From the sequence record SRR2962707_2131: a DNA stretch of 44,239 bases. The stretch is one strand, 5' to 3'. Within the stretch, counting starts at the first letter, position 1, and each line of letters begins with the position of its first letter. Below, piece after piece: positions 31,837-40,430 of the stretch. The translations under genes were made by a program, and so were the position numbers. The notes beneath the pieces are model-generated. The model ran no database searches and had not been told where the DNA came from. It was given only the letters and a program-made list of their open reading frames with translations.

Positions 31837-33345
31837 GTTTGAGTCTCCTGGCGTTGTCTGTCGGATAGAAGTGCCCGCAGGCACTGAGAGATTCATGAAT
31901 AAGGGAAAGGATTCGGCCATGAGCCTGGGCAGGTCCGCCTGAATCTGGTGCCGCACCGGGCGACCGTTGGCCGTGATGTGGCCCTCGGCCTGGGTCAGCC
32001 GTTGCCGGCGCAGGTACACGGCCTGCAAGCGGGCATAATCCGGCAAACCGGCATTCAGCAACGTCAGGGCCGCACGTATATCGTCAGGGCTTCGGTTATC
32101 CGTGATCACCACCAAAGCACCGGGTTGTGGCTCACCATCGCCAAATACCACAGCCTGAGCAGCCCCCAATGCCTGGACCAGTTCACTTTCCAGCCATTCC
32201 GGGCTGATGTTCCGACCAAAGCTGGTAATCAACAGGTTCTTTGCCCGACCGTTGATAGCCAGAAAGCCCTCTGTGTCCTGGTCGCCCAGATCGCCGGTAT
32301 CGAGCCAGTCATCGGCTTGCGGCTCATCACCGAGATATCCCAGATGGGTATTGCCCCGAACCAGAATCCGGTGTTCGTTATCCACCTTTACCTGCACATG
32401 CCCCAGGGGCCGGCCCACCGAGCCTTCTCGCTCGGCTCCGGGCACGTTCAGCGCCACCACCGAGCCACATTCAGACAAACCGTAGCCCTCGTACAGAGGC
32501 AACCCAATCGACCGTCCCCGGGCCAACAGGTCCGGCGATACCCGGCCGCCGCCGACCGCCAGGAAGCGAAACGAATCCGTTGTCAGCAATCCCTGCTCGC
32601 CGGCATTGACCAGCGCCATCGCCAGCTCAGGCACCAGAATCACGGAATGGGGGTGATGCCGGTTCAGGCCGGCCACCAGCTGGCCGAGATCGAGGCCACT
32701 GCTGCCGGTCATGCCCAGGGTCTGCAACGGGGCAACCGTCACCGTGGCGCCCATCAGCAGGGGCAGGTAAACCCCGGCAATGTTCTCCAGCAGGGTTGCC
32801 AGCGGCAGAATGCACAGGTGTTGCTCCAGCTCCACACCTTCCAGCCGCTGCTGCAGCGCACCGGCGGTCGCCGCCAGCTGCTGCGCCGACAGGCACACGC
32901 CCTTGGGGGTACCAGTACTGCCGGAGGTGAAGGTAATCTTGGCGGTGTGTTCCGGCATCCAGGAGGCAGCAGGGGACACCGGCAAATGTCTCAGCCAGAC
33001 GCCATGACCGATCATCTCCGCCTGTTCTGCTTCGCCACTGAATACCAGGGCATCCAGCCCGGCCCGCTGAATCAGGTGCTCGGTCTGGCTTCTGGAAAAA
33101 AACACCGGCACCGGTACACACACCACGTCCGCCATCAGACAAGCCAGGTCCGCAACCAACCAGGCCGGGGTGTTGTCGCCACACAGGCCTATGCGTTTCA
33201 CGCCCAGGCTCCGCAACTGCTCGGCCACCAACTGCGCCGCCCGCCATAGCTGCTGATAACTGAAACTGGCGTCTGGCCCCTGCAGTGCAATGCGCTCCGG
33301 ATGTTGCCGGACCCGCTGAGACAGGAGATCAGGCAAGGCGGCCAT
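31153..33345 (-). CDS. AMP-binding (acyl-CoA ligase-like) protein fused in frame to a TenA/CADD-like diiron domain
   Basis: Start MAALPD with GGAGG SD. ANL motifs FTSGSTGTPKG, YEGYGLSE, DTGDLG, GRAKN. No stop codon before the heme-oxygenase-fold domain. Confidence 0.85.
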   Translation of the reverse strand: MAALPDLLSQRVRQHPERIALQGPDASFSYQQLWRAAQLVAEQLRSLGVKRIGLCGDNTPAWLVADLACLMADVVCVPVPVFFSRSQTEHLIQRAGLDALVFSGEAEQAEMIGHGVWLRHLPVSPAASWMPEHTAKITFTSGSTGTPKGVCLSAQQLAATAGALQQRLEGVELEQHLCILPLATLLENIAGVYLPLLMGATVTVAPLQTLGMTGSSGLDLGQLVAGLNRHHPHSVILVPELAMALVNAGEQGLLTTDSFRFLAVGGGRVSPDLLARGRSIGLPLYEGYGLSECGSVVALNVPGAEREGSVGRPLGHVQVKVDNEHRILVRGNTHLGYLGDEPQADDWLDTGDLGDQDTEGFLAINGRAKNLLITSFGRNISPEWLESELVQALGAAQAVVFGDGEPQPGALVVITDNRSPDDIRAALTLLNAGLPDYARLQAVYLRRQRLTQAEGHITANGRPVRHQIQADLPRLMAESFPLFMNLSVPAGTSIRQTTPGDSNMAFFDRLQSETEQARAHVTGAPVIQAIREGRFDLEGYTWFLTQAYHHVKHTVPLMMACGGRLPERLEFVRKALVEYIEEEYGHHEWILNDLEACGEDKEAIRHGQPDTSIELMVAYLYDRIQRGNPAAFFGMVQVLEGTSIELATPLGEAIQKQLGLPNQAFSYLYSHGALDQDHFEFFRNLMNDITDPEDQQAIIEAARMVYRLYGDMLHSIPLRAHGKEQRHEAA

Positions 33346-34039
33346 AGGCACCTCCCAGGTCCGCCTGCGGTTTATCCTCGACCGCAACAACCGGCTGCAC
33401 CAGCTTCAGCAAGCCGGCGGCGCGCAAGGCCGCCATACCATCAGCGACCTTGATGGTCATCACCACCGGATGATGGTCGTAATAGCGACCCCAACCAGCG
33501 CCGCCATCCGGCAATTTTGAAGGGTCGGCATCCGCCAGCACCTGCGTGGCGATGCCGAGCCGATGGAAACTGTTGCGCAACTGGTCGGTACCGGTACACA
33601 CCACCCAGTCATAGCCGGCAGCATCCAACCACACTGAGAGCGAGGCGAACAGATAGCGGCTGACCCCGGCTTCCACCCCGGCCAGGTGGGCAATTTCGGC
33701 AATACCGCTGCGCCTTGTTCCCGGTTCCGGCATCAGGGTTTGCACCGGAACCGACAGATAGTCCTCCAGAAACAGGGTGTCAGTCGCAGCATTTCGGACA
33801 CCGACCGCGGCCATCAGGCTGCCCTGGGCCGTAGTCAAGGCGAGCAGGGAGGGGATACGCAGGTTCGGTTCGGCGCCGTAAGCTTGCTGAAAGCGGCGGC
33901 GAATGAAGGCCGCAACGCTCTCCGCCATCCCTGTACCAGGCACGATTTCACTGAACCACCGTCCGGCGCAACGAAGCAATGGTACGACATCTGGAGCGTC
34001 CGGCGGACAACAAGCAGAAATGGTCAGCGGATCAGTCAT
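33329..34039 (-). CDS. 'Thermostable hemolysin' (delta-VPH-like) family protein, predicted acyltransferase-like fold
   Basis: FIRRRFQQAYGA, AAVGVR, LFLEDYL, IAEIAHLA, WVVCTGT, WGRYYDHHP; first gene of the operon. Confidence 0.85.
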   Translation of the reverse strand: MTDPLTISACCPPDAPDVVPLLRCAGRWFSEIVPGTGMAESVAAFIRRRFQQAYGAEPNLRIPSLLALTTAQGSLMAAVGVRNAATDTLFLEDYLSVPVQTLMPEPGTRRSGIAEIAHLAGVEAGVSRYLFASLSVWLDAAGYDWVVCTGTDQLRNSFHRLGIATQVLADADPSKLPDGGAGWGRYYDHHPVVMTIKVADGMAALRAAGLLKLVQPVVAVEDKPQADLGGAYGRLA

Positions 34040-34089
34040 CAGGGTTCTCCAACAGCCAGGGCCAGGCTGGCCCTCTGGTCACGGCTGCC

Positions 34090-34122
34090 AGATTAGGTGG
34101 AGAGTCTTAACCCATCCTTAAG
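34090..34122 (-). promoter_or_regulatory. PmrA/QseB-type box promoter of the hemolysin operon
   Basis: Minus strand CTTAAG-GATGG-GTTAAG-N10-TAATCT. Confidence 0.75.
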
Positions 34123-34138
34123 GCAGTGTCGGAGATTT

Positions 34139-34171
34139 CTTAAGCCCGCGTTAAGCTTTCTGTGGCACACT
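34139..34171 (+). promoter_or_regulatory. PmrA/QseB-type box promoter (autoregulation of the two-component system)
   Basis: CTTAAG-CCCGC-GTTAAG-N10-CACACT. Confidence 0.72.
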
Positions 34172-34201
34172 CGCCAGGATCACATTTAGCAGGAACCATC
34201 C

Positions 34202-34888
34202 ATGCGCATACTGTTGGTGGAGGACGACCATCCACTTGCCCGCACAATGCTGGACATGCTCCGGCAGGACCAACATACGGTCGACTGGCTCGACGACGGC
34301 CAGCAGGCTTTGACGGCGCTGAAGCAAGACCATTTTGACCTGGTCATACTTGACCTGACTTTACCCCGGCTCGATGGCCTCGATGTTCTCCGGGGCGCAA
34401 GGCAGGCCGGGAACCACACACCCGTGATCATTCTGACCGCTCGCACCGAACTGGATGAAAAGCTCCTGGGCCTTGATGCCGGGGCGGACGACTACCTGAC
34501 CAAACCTTTCGCCATGGCCGAACTGAAAGCCCGGATGCGTGCAATAACCCGGCGCGGGGCTTCTACCAGCGGCGATGCCGAGCTTCAGGTGGGGCAAATA
34601 AAACTGAATACCGATACCGGCCAGCTTGTGGCAGGTGGCGAAACATCCGTACTGCCTCGCAGCGAGTTCCAGATTCTTCACTACCTGATGCGACACCCCG
34701 GACAGGTTGCCACGCGCCGGCGCCTGGAAGAACAGCTCTACGGTTGGGATTCGGGCGCTGAAAGCAACGCTCTGGAAGTACACATTCACCACCTTCGCCG
34801 CCGGATCGGCAAGCCCCTCATACGCACCATTCGTGGCGTCGGCTACGTTCTGGATCCCGAGGCGGCGGGGGCATCCGCATGTCGCTGA
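34202..34888 (+). CDS. OmpR-family response regulator (PmrA/QseB-like)
   Basis: MRILLVEDD, LDLTLP, GADDYLTKPF, SNALEVHIHHLRRRIG, IRTIRGVGY. Confidence 0.93.
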   Translation: MRILLVEDDHPLARTMLDMLRQDQHTVDWLDDGQQALTALKQDHFDLVILDLTLPRLDGLDVLRGARQAGNHTPVIILTARTELDEKLLGLDAGADDYLTKPFAMAELKARMRAITRRGASTSGDAELQVGQIKLNTDTGQLVAGGETSVLPRSEFQILHYLMRHPGQVATRRRLEEQLYGWDSGAESNALEVHIHHLRRRIGKPLIRTIRGVGYVLDPEAAGASACR

Positions 34889-36300
34889 CTCGCACGTTAA
34901 CGCTTCTGGTTACCTCGACAGTGCTCCTGATCGCACTGATCGCCTCCCTCTGGAGTTATATCGAGAGCAATCACGAGCTGGAGGAACTGTTCGATGCCGA
35001 GCTTGCCCAAAGCACACGCATTGTACAGGGGCTGGTTCGCCATCTGGTGGACACCCAGGCCATTGAGCAGTTGCCGGCAACCCTGAGCGAGACCCTGACG
35101 CTGCCACTTGATCCTGCGGTTGAACTTGACCTGGAAGCCGATGAAGACGAAATCCTGCCCGGCGGGGTTGGACACAAATATGAGAAGAAACTGGCGTTTG
35201 AAGTGTGGACGCCAGAAAGAGAACCCCTGCTGGACACCCTGAACTCGGATGACAATCTGGGACTGGCTCCCGGTTATTCCTGGGCAGAATCACGCGGCCA
35301 TCGCTGGCGCACCTTTACCCTGCAGGATCCGGAAACCGGATTCTGGATACGCACCGCACAACGGGAAGACATTCGAGGCGAACTCAGTCAGGAACTGGCA
35401 CTCGGGAACGTACTGCCATTAATTCTGGCGTTACCGCTGCTACTCGTGGCAGTGATCGTCGCCGTTCAACTCGGGTTCCGCCCCCTCGCCAGGCTGGAGA
35501 AACCCATCCGACATATGGCGCCGGAGCGTATACATCCGCTCGACGACCGACAGGCACCAAAGGAAGTCGCTGGCCTGGTTCAGGCGGTGAACACCTTGCT
35601 CCGACGCCTTGACCTGGCCCTCGAGCGCGAACGGCGGTTTTCCGCCGATGCGGCTCACGAGTTGCGCACCCCCCTCGCAGCCTTGCGTCTCAATCTGGAG
35701 CGGGCCTGTACGGAACATCCGGAATTGTCGCAGGACCTGATCCAATCCGTCGATCGCATGGTGCACCTGGTTGAGCAGATGCTGCTACTCAATCGCGTGG
35801 ACTCCGGCATTGACTTCGTCCCGACCCGGAACAACCTGTCGGCGATCCTTGAACAGAGCGTTGCCGACGTTGCCCCCCTGGCACTGAAGAAACAGATTGA
35901 CCCCGTACTGGAGGATAATACCGATCAGGCAATGGTTCAGTGCCATAGTGCCCTGATCAATACCCTGATGCGCTCCCTGCTCGCCAACGCCATACAGTAC
36001 AGTCCACGGAACACTGTCATCCTGACCCGCCTGGTCGCTGAGGGCGATGGCTACAGCATCTCTGTCTGCGATCAGGGCCCGGGCATTGGCGCTGGGGAAC
36101 GAGAGCGCGCCCTCAGTCGCTTTGTCCGTCTGGATCAACGCCAGGGAGGCGGCGCCGGGCTTGGACTTGCCATCGCTCGCCGGATTGCCGAACTGCATGG
36201 CGGTCATCTGGTTCTGTCAGACCGGCCAGACGGTGGTTCCGGCCTGTGCGTCCGGGTCTGGCTACCCACCAGTTACCGATGCGAGCAGCACCGGCGTTAA
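34879..36300 (+). CDS. Sensor histidine kinase (PmrB/QseC-like)
   Basis: TM1, HELEELFDAELAQ, TM2 plus HAMP, H-box ADAAHELRTPL, DQGPGI, GAGLGLAI. Confidence 0.92.
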   Translation: MSLTRTLTLLVTSTVLLIALIASLWSYIESNHELEELFDAELAQSTRIVQGLVRHLVDTQAIEQLPATLSETLTLPLDPAVELDLEADEDEILPGGVGHKYEKKLAFEVWTPEREPLLDTLNSDDNLGLAPGYSWAESRGHRWRTFTLQDPETGFWIRTAQREDIRGELSQELALGNVLPLILALPLLLVAVIVAVQLGFRPLARLEKPIRHMAPERIHPLDDRQAPKEVAGLVQAVNTLLRRLDLALERERRFSADAAHELRTPLAALRLNLERACTEHPELSQDLIQSVDRMVHLVEQMLLLNRVDSGIDFVPTRNNLSAILEQSVADVAPLALKKQIDPVLEDNTDQAMVQCHSALINTLMRSLLANAIQYSPRNTVILTRLVAEGDGYSISVCDQGPGIGAGERERALSRFVRLDQRQGGGAGLGLAIARRIAELHGGHLVLSDRPDGGSGLCVRVWLPTSYRCEQHRR

Positions 36301-36328
36301 GGTTTGATTAAGGTTGGAAGCTGATACT
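36296..36328 (+). promoter_or_regulatory. PmrA/QseB-type box promoter of the GT2-DedA-ArnT operon
   Basis: GTTAAG-GTTTG-ATTAAG-N10-GATACT, overlapping the kinase stop codon. Confidence 0.72.
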
Positions 36329-36384
36329 TGCTCCCATTACCAGGGCCCTGAGTCCCTGGATGCCACTTTCGGGAGAGCTTTCTG

Positions 36385-37152
36385 ATGCCACGGCAACCGA
36401 CCCTTTCACTGGTCATACCTGCAAAAGACGAACAGGACAACATCGCTGCGCTGCTGACGGAGGCGTTTACCGTCATGCGCGACTATCCAGAATTTGAAAT
36501 TGTGCTCGTCGATGATGGCAGCAACGACCGAACGCTGGAGACTGCCCGTCGCACAGCCGCAGTGCTCAACGGCAACCTGAACGCAGTTCGACATACCCAC
36601 AGCATTGGCCAGAGCGGAGCACTGGCCACGGGCATACGCCAAGCCCGAGGTCAATGGATCGCCACCATGGATGGCGACGGCCAGAACGACCCTGCCGACA
36701 TCCCGGCATTGTTGCAAAAAGCCAGCAGCGTGAACCAACAAGATTTCTGTATTGCCGGTTACCGTCGGAACCGGAAAGACACGCCATGGAAACGCTTTCA
36801 GTCACGACTTGCCAACCGCATTCGCAATGCGTTTCTACATGACGGAGTGCCAGACACGGGATGTGGTCTGAAACTGTTCCCTCGCGCCACTTTTCTCAAG
36901 CTGCCCTGGTTCGACCACGCCCACCGCTTCATTCCCGCACTGGTAAAGGGGCTGGGGGGCGACATTGCCGTTGTTGAAGTCAATCATCGGCCACGCACCG
37001 CAGGGGTATCAAAATACAATGCCTGGAACCGCGCCTGGGCCGGCATTGTCGATATGATCGGCGTTCTGTGGCTGCTTCACCGCACACGGGTGCCCCGGAT
37101 CGCGAGCGTCGCAGAAAACGCCGACGAACAACCCATCACCGATCATGCATGA
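36385..37152 (+). CDS. GT2 polyprenyl-phosphate glycosyltransferase (ArnC/DPM1-like)
   Basis: SLVIPAKDE, VDDGSND, GQSGAL, TMDGDGQNDPADIP, DTGCGLK, HRFIPAL, HRPRTAGVSKY. Confidence 0.92.
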   Translation: MPRQPTLSLVIPAKDEQDNIAALLTEAFTVMRDYPEFEIVLVDDGSNDRTLETARRTAAVLNGNLNAVRHTHSIGQSGALATGIRQARGQWIATMDGDGQNDPADIPALLQKASSVNQQDFCIAGYRRNRKDTPWKRFQSRLANRIRNAFLHDGVPDTGCGLKLFPRATFLKLPWFDHAHRFIPALVKGLGGDIAVVEVNHRPRTAGVSKYNAWNRAWAGIVDMIGVLWLLHRTRVPRIASVAENADEQPITDHA

Positions 37153-37822
37153 TATGACCACGGTTTTTCGCTGGCTGGTCCTTATCAGCCTGCTTGTTGC
37201 CGGCTATTTCGCCATCAACGGACACTGGCTCGGGCTCATCACCGACCAGGTAAGTGTCGCCAACTTCCTGCAAAGGTATGGATGGCCAGGAGTTGCCGCA
37301 ATCACCCTGCTCGGCGCACTGTTCACCGGATTTGGCGCCCCCCGGCAAGCACTCGCCTTTATCCTTGGTTTTGCCAGCGGCAGCGTGGAAGGTGCAGTCA
37401 TTTCGACGCTTGCCACCGCCCTTGGCGCAACTGGCTGCTTTTACGCCGCCCGGTGGCTACTCCGGGCACCACTCATACACCGTTTTGAACTTCGCATGCA
37501 GCGCTTCGACAGCCTGTTCACGGAAGGCACCCTGCTCAAAATCCTCATGATCAGGCTGTTGCCGGTAGGCAGCAATCTTGTCACCAACCTCCTCGCCGGG
37601 TGTTCCGGGATACGATTCGTCCCGTTTTTTTGGGGCAGCGTTCTTGGCTACCTGCCCCAGATGGTGATCTTTGCAATGGCCGGCGCAGGGATTGGCCAGG
37701 CCCGTCTTGACCAGCTTGTGGTAAGCGCGGTTCTGTTCGCGCTGGCAAGTGCCATTGGCGCTTACCTGTATCACAACCAGCGCAATCAGACCCTTGCTGA
37801 TTCCGTATCTGACTCCTCCTGA
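37145..37822 (+). CDS. TVP38/TMEM64 (VTT/DedA superfamily) membrane protein
   Basis: GAPRQALAF, IRLLPVGSNLVTNLLAG, FFWGSVLGYLPQ. Confidence 0.88.
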   Translation: MHDMTTVFRWLVLISLLVAGYFAINGHWLGLITDQVSVANFLQRYGWPGVAAITLLGALFTGFGAPRQALAFILGFASGSVEGAVISTLATALGATGCFYAARWLLRAPLIHRFELRMQRFDSLFTEGTLLKILMIRLLPVGSNLVTNLLAGCSGIRFVPFFWGSVLGYLPQMVIFAMAGAGIGQARLDQLVVSAVLFALASAIGAYLYHNQRNQTLADSVSDSS

Positions 37823-37831
37823 GTTGCAATT

Positions 37832-39580
37832 ATGACACTCGACTTCCGTCTTCGGCGTTTACCCGACACCTTATTCAATCTGCCGTACAATCAATTGTTA
37901 CTGGTGGTACTGGCCTTCGCGGCACTCATGATTCTGACCGGCATCGGGTTACGCTCTCCGTGGCCCGCCGACGAACCGCGATTCGCCGAAGTGGCCCGGG
38001 AAATGGTGACCTCCGGGCAATGGCTGCTGCCGATGCGGGGCGGCGAACTCTACCCGGACAAACCACCGGTGTTCATGTGGGCCATTGCCTTTTTCTACTG
38101 GCTGACCGGCAACCTGAAAATCGCGTTTCTACTGCCGAACGCCCTGTGCAGCGTGCTAACACTGGGCCTGGTGTTCGATCTTGGCACACGCTTGTGGAAT
38201 CAACGTACGGGCACCATCGCCGCATTGCTGCTGATGCTGACGCCCCAGTTCCTGATTCAGGCCCAGCGAGCCCAGATTGATGCCATGGTGGCCTGCTGGA
38301 TCATGGTGGCCTGTTACGGTCTGATCCGGCATTTTTTCGTGCAGCCGTCCTGGCGTTGGTATTTCGTGGCCTGGGCCTTTATGGGGCTTGGCATTATTAC
38401 CAAAGGGGTTGGCTTTCTGCCCGCCTTGCTGTTCATTCCGATACTGGCCCTGAAACTGCAGGACACTTCTCGGTTTCAGGGCACACTCCGCTGGCGCTGC
38501 GCCATCGGGCCCCTGGTCATGCTGGCCGTTGTGGCAGCCTGGCTGGTGCCGATGGTTCTGACCGTCAGTCACCTCGGCACCGACGAGGCCCTGGCCTATC
38601 GCGACAACATTCTGTTCAAACAGACCGGTGAGCGCTATGCCGATTCCTGGGGGCACATTCAGCCCTGGTATTACTACCTCGCCAGCGTGATTCCCTCGCT
38701 GTGGTTCCCTCTGCCGCTGCTATTCCTGGCACTGCTGCGGCCCATTCGTGAGATTCTCAAACACAGGCTGGACGTGGTGGTTCTGCTGGCATGGATCGTG
38801 TTGGTGGTGACGTTTTTCAGCCTGAGCCCGGGCAAACGCGGAGTCTATGTGCTCCCGGCTTTGCCGGCACTGGCCCTGAGCCTGGCCCCGGCATTGAGTG
38901 GACAAAACCCGGCACGCTGGTTCGGGGCGGTCATCAGTGTTCTGCATCTGCTGCTAGGTGCAGCCTTGGTCATCCTGGGCGTGCTAGCCTGGCATGACCA
39001 CCCTCGTCTGGTGGAAAAGGTCGCTGACTACACTCAGGATCCGGCTCGACTGCACGAAGCCGGCACCCTGTTGTTCACCCTTGGGGTTGTCTGGGTCGCA
39101 AGTCTCATGGCGCTCTGGCGCTGCCGGGCACTCGGGCGCTGGTTCATTGCCCTGATGGTGAGTTGGCTGGTGTTCACAACCTGGGGTTATCGGATTCTCG
39201 AGCCATTGCGCACACCCAGAAATGTGCTCGCCGCAGCCGAGCAGTTCGTACCTGCCGACGGGCAGATTGGCATGATCAATTTCCGGGAACAGTTCATTCT
39301 GTTTTCAAAGCGGGACTTTACCCATTTCAGTTACTTCAGCGACAGGGAACAGGAAAGCCGCAACGCATGGCTCTGGATGCGGGAGACACCGGATAGCTAT
39401 TTAATGGTGGCTGAAGACGGGGAGCTTGGCTGTTTCAATAAACAGGGGGCCCGACCGCTGGGCACCGCTCACCGGGATACCTACGTGCTGCTGAGCGACC
39501 AGGACATGAAGGACAGCTGTGCCCCCCCGGACGAGGTGACACGCTTTACCACCGACAACCCCGGGGAGTGGCTGGACTGA
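37832..39580 (+). CDS. ArnT/GT39-family glycosyltransferase
   Basis: PADEPRFAEVAREM, YPDKPPVFMW, QIDAM, ITKGVG, HIQPWYYY, GKRGVYVLP. Confidence 0.92.
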   Translation: MTLDFRLRRLPDTLFNLPYNQLLLVVLAFAALMILTGIGLRSPWPADEPRFAEVAREMVTSGQWLLPMRGGELYPDKPPVFMWAIAFFYWLTGNLKIAFLLPNALCSVLTLGLVFDLGTRLWNQRTGTIAALLLMLTPQFLIQAQRAQIDAMVACWIMVACYGLIRHFFVQPSWRWYFVAWAFMGLGIITKGVGFLPALLFIPILALKLQDTSRFQGTLRWRCAIGPLVMLAVVAAWLVPMVLTVSHLGTDEALAYRDNILFKQTGERYADSWGHIQPWYYYLASVIPSLWFPLPLLFLALLRPIREILKHRLDVVVLLAWIVLVVTFFSLSPGKRGVYVLPALPALALSLAPALSGQNPARWFGAVISVLHLLLGAALVILGVLAWHDHPRLVEKVADYTQDPARLHEAGTLLFTLGVVWVASLMALWRCRALGRWFIALMVSWLVFTTWGYRILEPLRTPRNVLAAAEQFVPADGQIGMINFREQFILFSKRDFTHFSYFSDREQESRNAWLWMRETPDSYLMVAEDGELGCFNKQGARPLGTAHRDTYVLLSDQDMKDSCAPPDEVTRFTTDNPGEWLD

Positions 39581-39655
39581 TGCTACTCTGAGAACGCCGC
39601 AAACTTTGCTGGTCTCACGTACAATGGGCGCTTTTGAATTCTCAAGGAGGCGCCC

Positions 39656-40417
39656 TTGCTCCCTCGCTCGCGGATTGCACAAGAATGGCAGGCTTTCTGG
39701 CTGGCACTGGGATTCCTGACTCGTATCCCCATGCTCGTCCGGATTGATTACTCCCAGCGCCTGATGAACCAGAGCAGCGTCTATTTTCCCCTGGTGGGCC
39801 TTATGCTCGGCCTTGGCTATTGCGCCGCCTTTTTTCTGTTCTCACTGGCGGCCAGCCCGCTGACGGCCATTATCCTGGTGGTTATTCTGCACCTCTTTAT
39901 CACCGGGGCCTTCCACGAAGATGGCCTGGCCGACAGTGTGGATGCTCTCGGCGGCGGCTATACCGTGGAAAAACGACTGGAGATCATGAAAGACAGCCGG
40001 ATCGGAACCTATGGCACGGTGGCACTGGTGATGGCCTTGCTGCTGAAAGTAGCTCTGCTGGCTGAGGCTGAATTAATCTGGCTTGCGTTGCTGGTGGCAC
40101 CTGCGGTTTCCCGGCTGACACCGCTGATATTGATGGCGTGCCTGCCGTACGTCACTGACCCCGACAAGAGTAAATCCAAGCCGGTGGCAGACGGTTTCTC
40201 CCGCAGCCGCTTGCTGGCGGCCGCGGGGTTTGTGTTGTTGCTGGCAGCCGGATTATCACTCTGGCAGCCGTTACTGATTCCGGCAACCATAACGGCCGTC
40301 CTGCTGGTTGCTGTGTTCTGGGGCAGCTATCTTCGTAGCCAGCTTGGCGGCTACACCGGCGACACCCTGGGCGCAGCTGTCGTGTTCAGTGAACTGGCGC
40401 TGTTGCTGTTTCTCTAA
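39656..40417 (+). CDS. cobS: Adenosylcobinamide-GDP ribazoletransferase
   Basis: FLTRIP, TGAFHEDGLADSVD, LEIMKDSRIGTYG, GGYTGDTLGA; TTG start with AAGGAGG SD. Confidence 0.95.
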   Translation: MLPRSRIAQEWQAFWLALGFLTRIPMLVRIDYSQRLMNQSSVYFPLVGLMLGLGYCAAFFLFSLAASPLTAIILVVILHLFITGAFHEDGLADSVDALGGGYTVEKRLEIMKDSRIGTYGTVALVMALLLKVALLAEAELIWLALLVAPAVSRLTPLILMACLPYVTDPDKSKSKPVADGFSRSRLLAAAGFVLLLAAGLSLWQPLLIPATITAVLLVAVFWGSYLRSQLGGYTGDTLGAAVVFSELALLLFL

Positions 40418-40430
40418 CGTGGGGGCATCG

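Noticed and set aside
31948-33249. 433-aa plus-strand ORF
   Set aside because: Antisense shadow of the AMP-binding domain.
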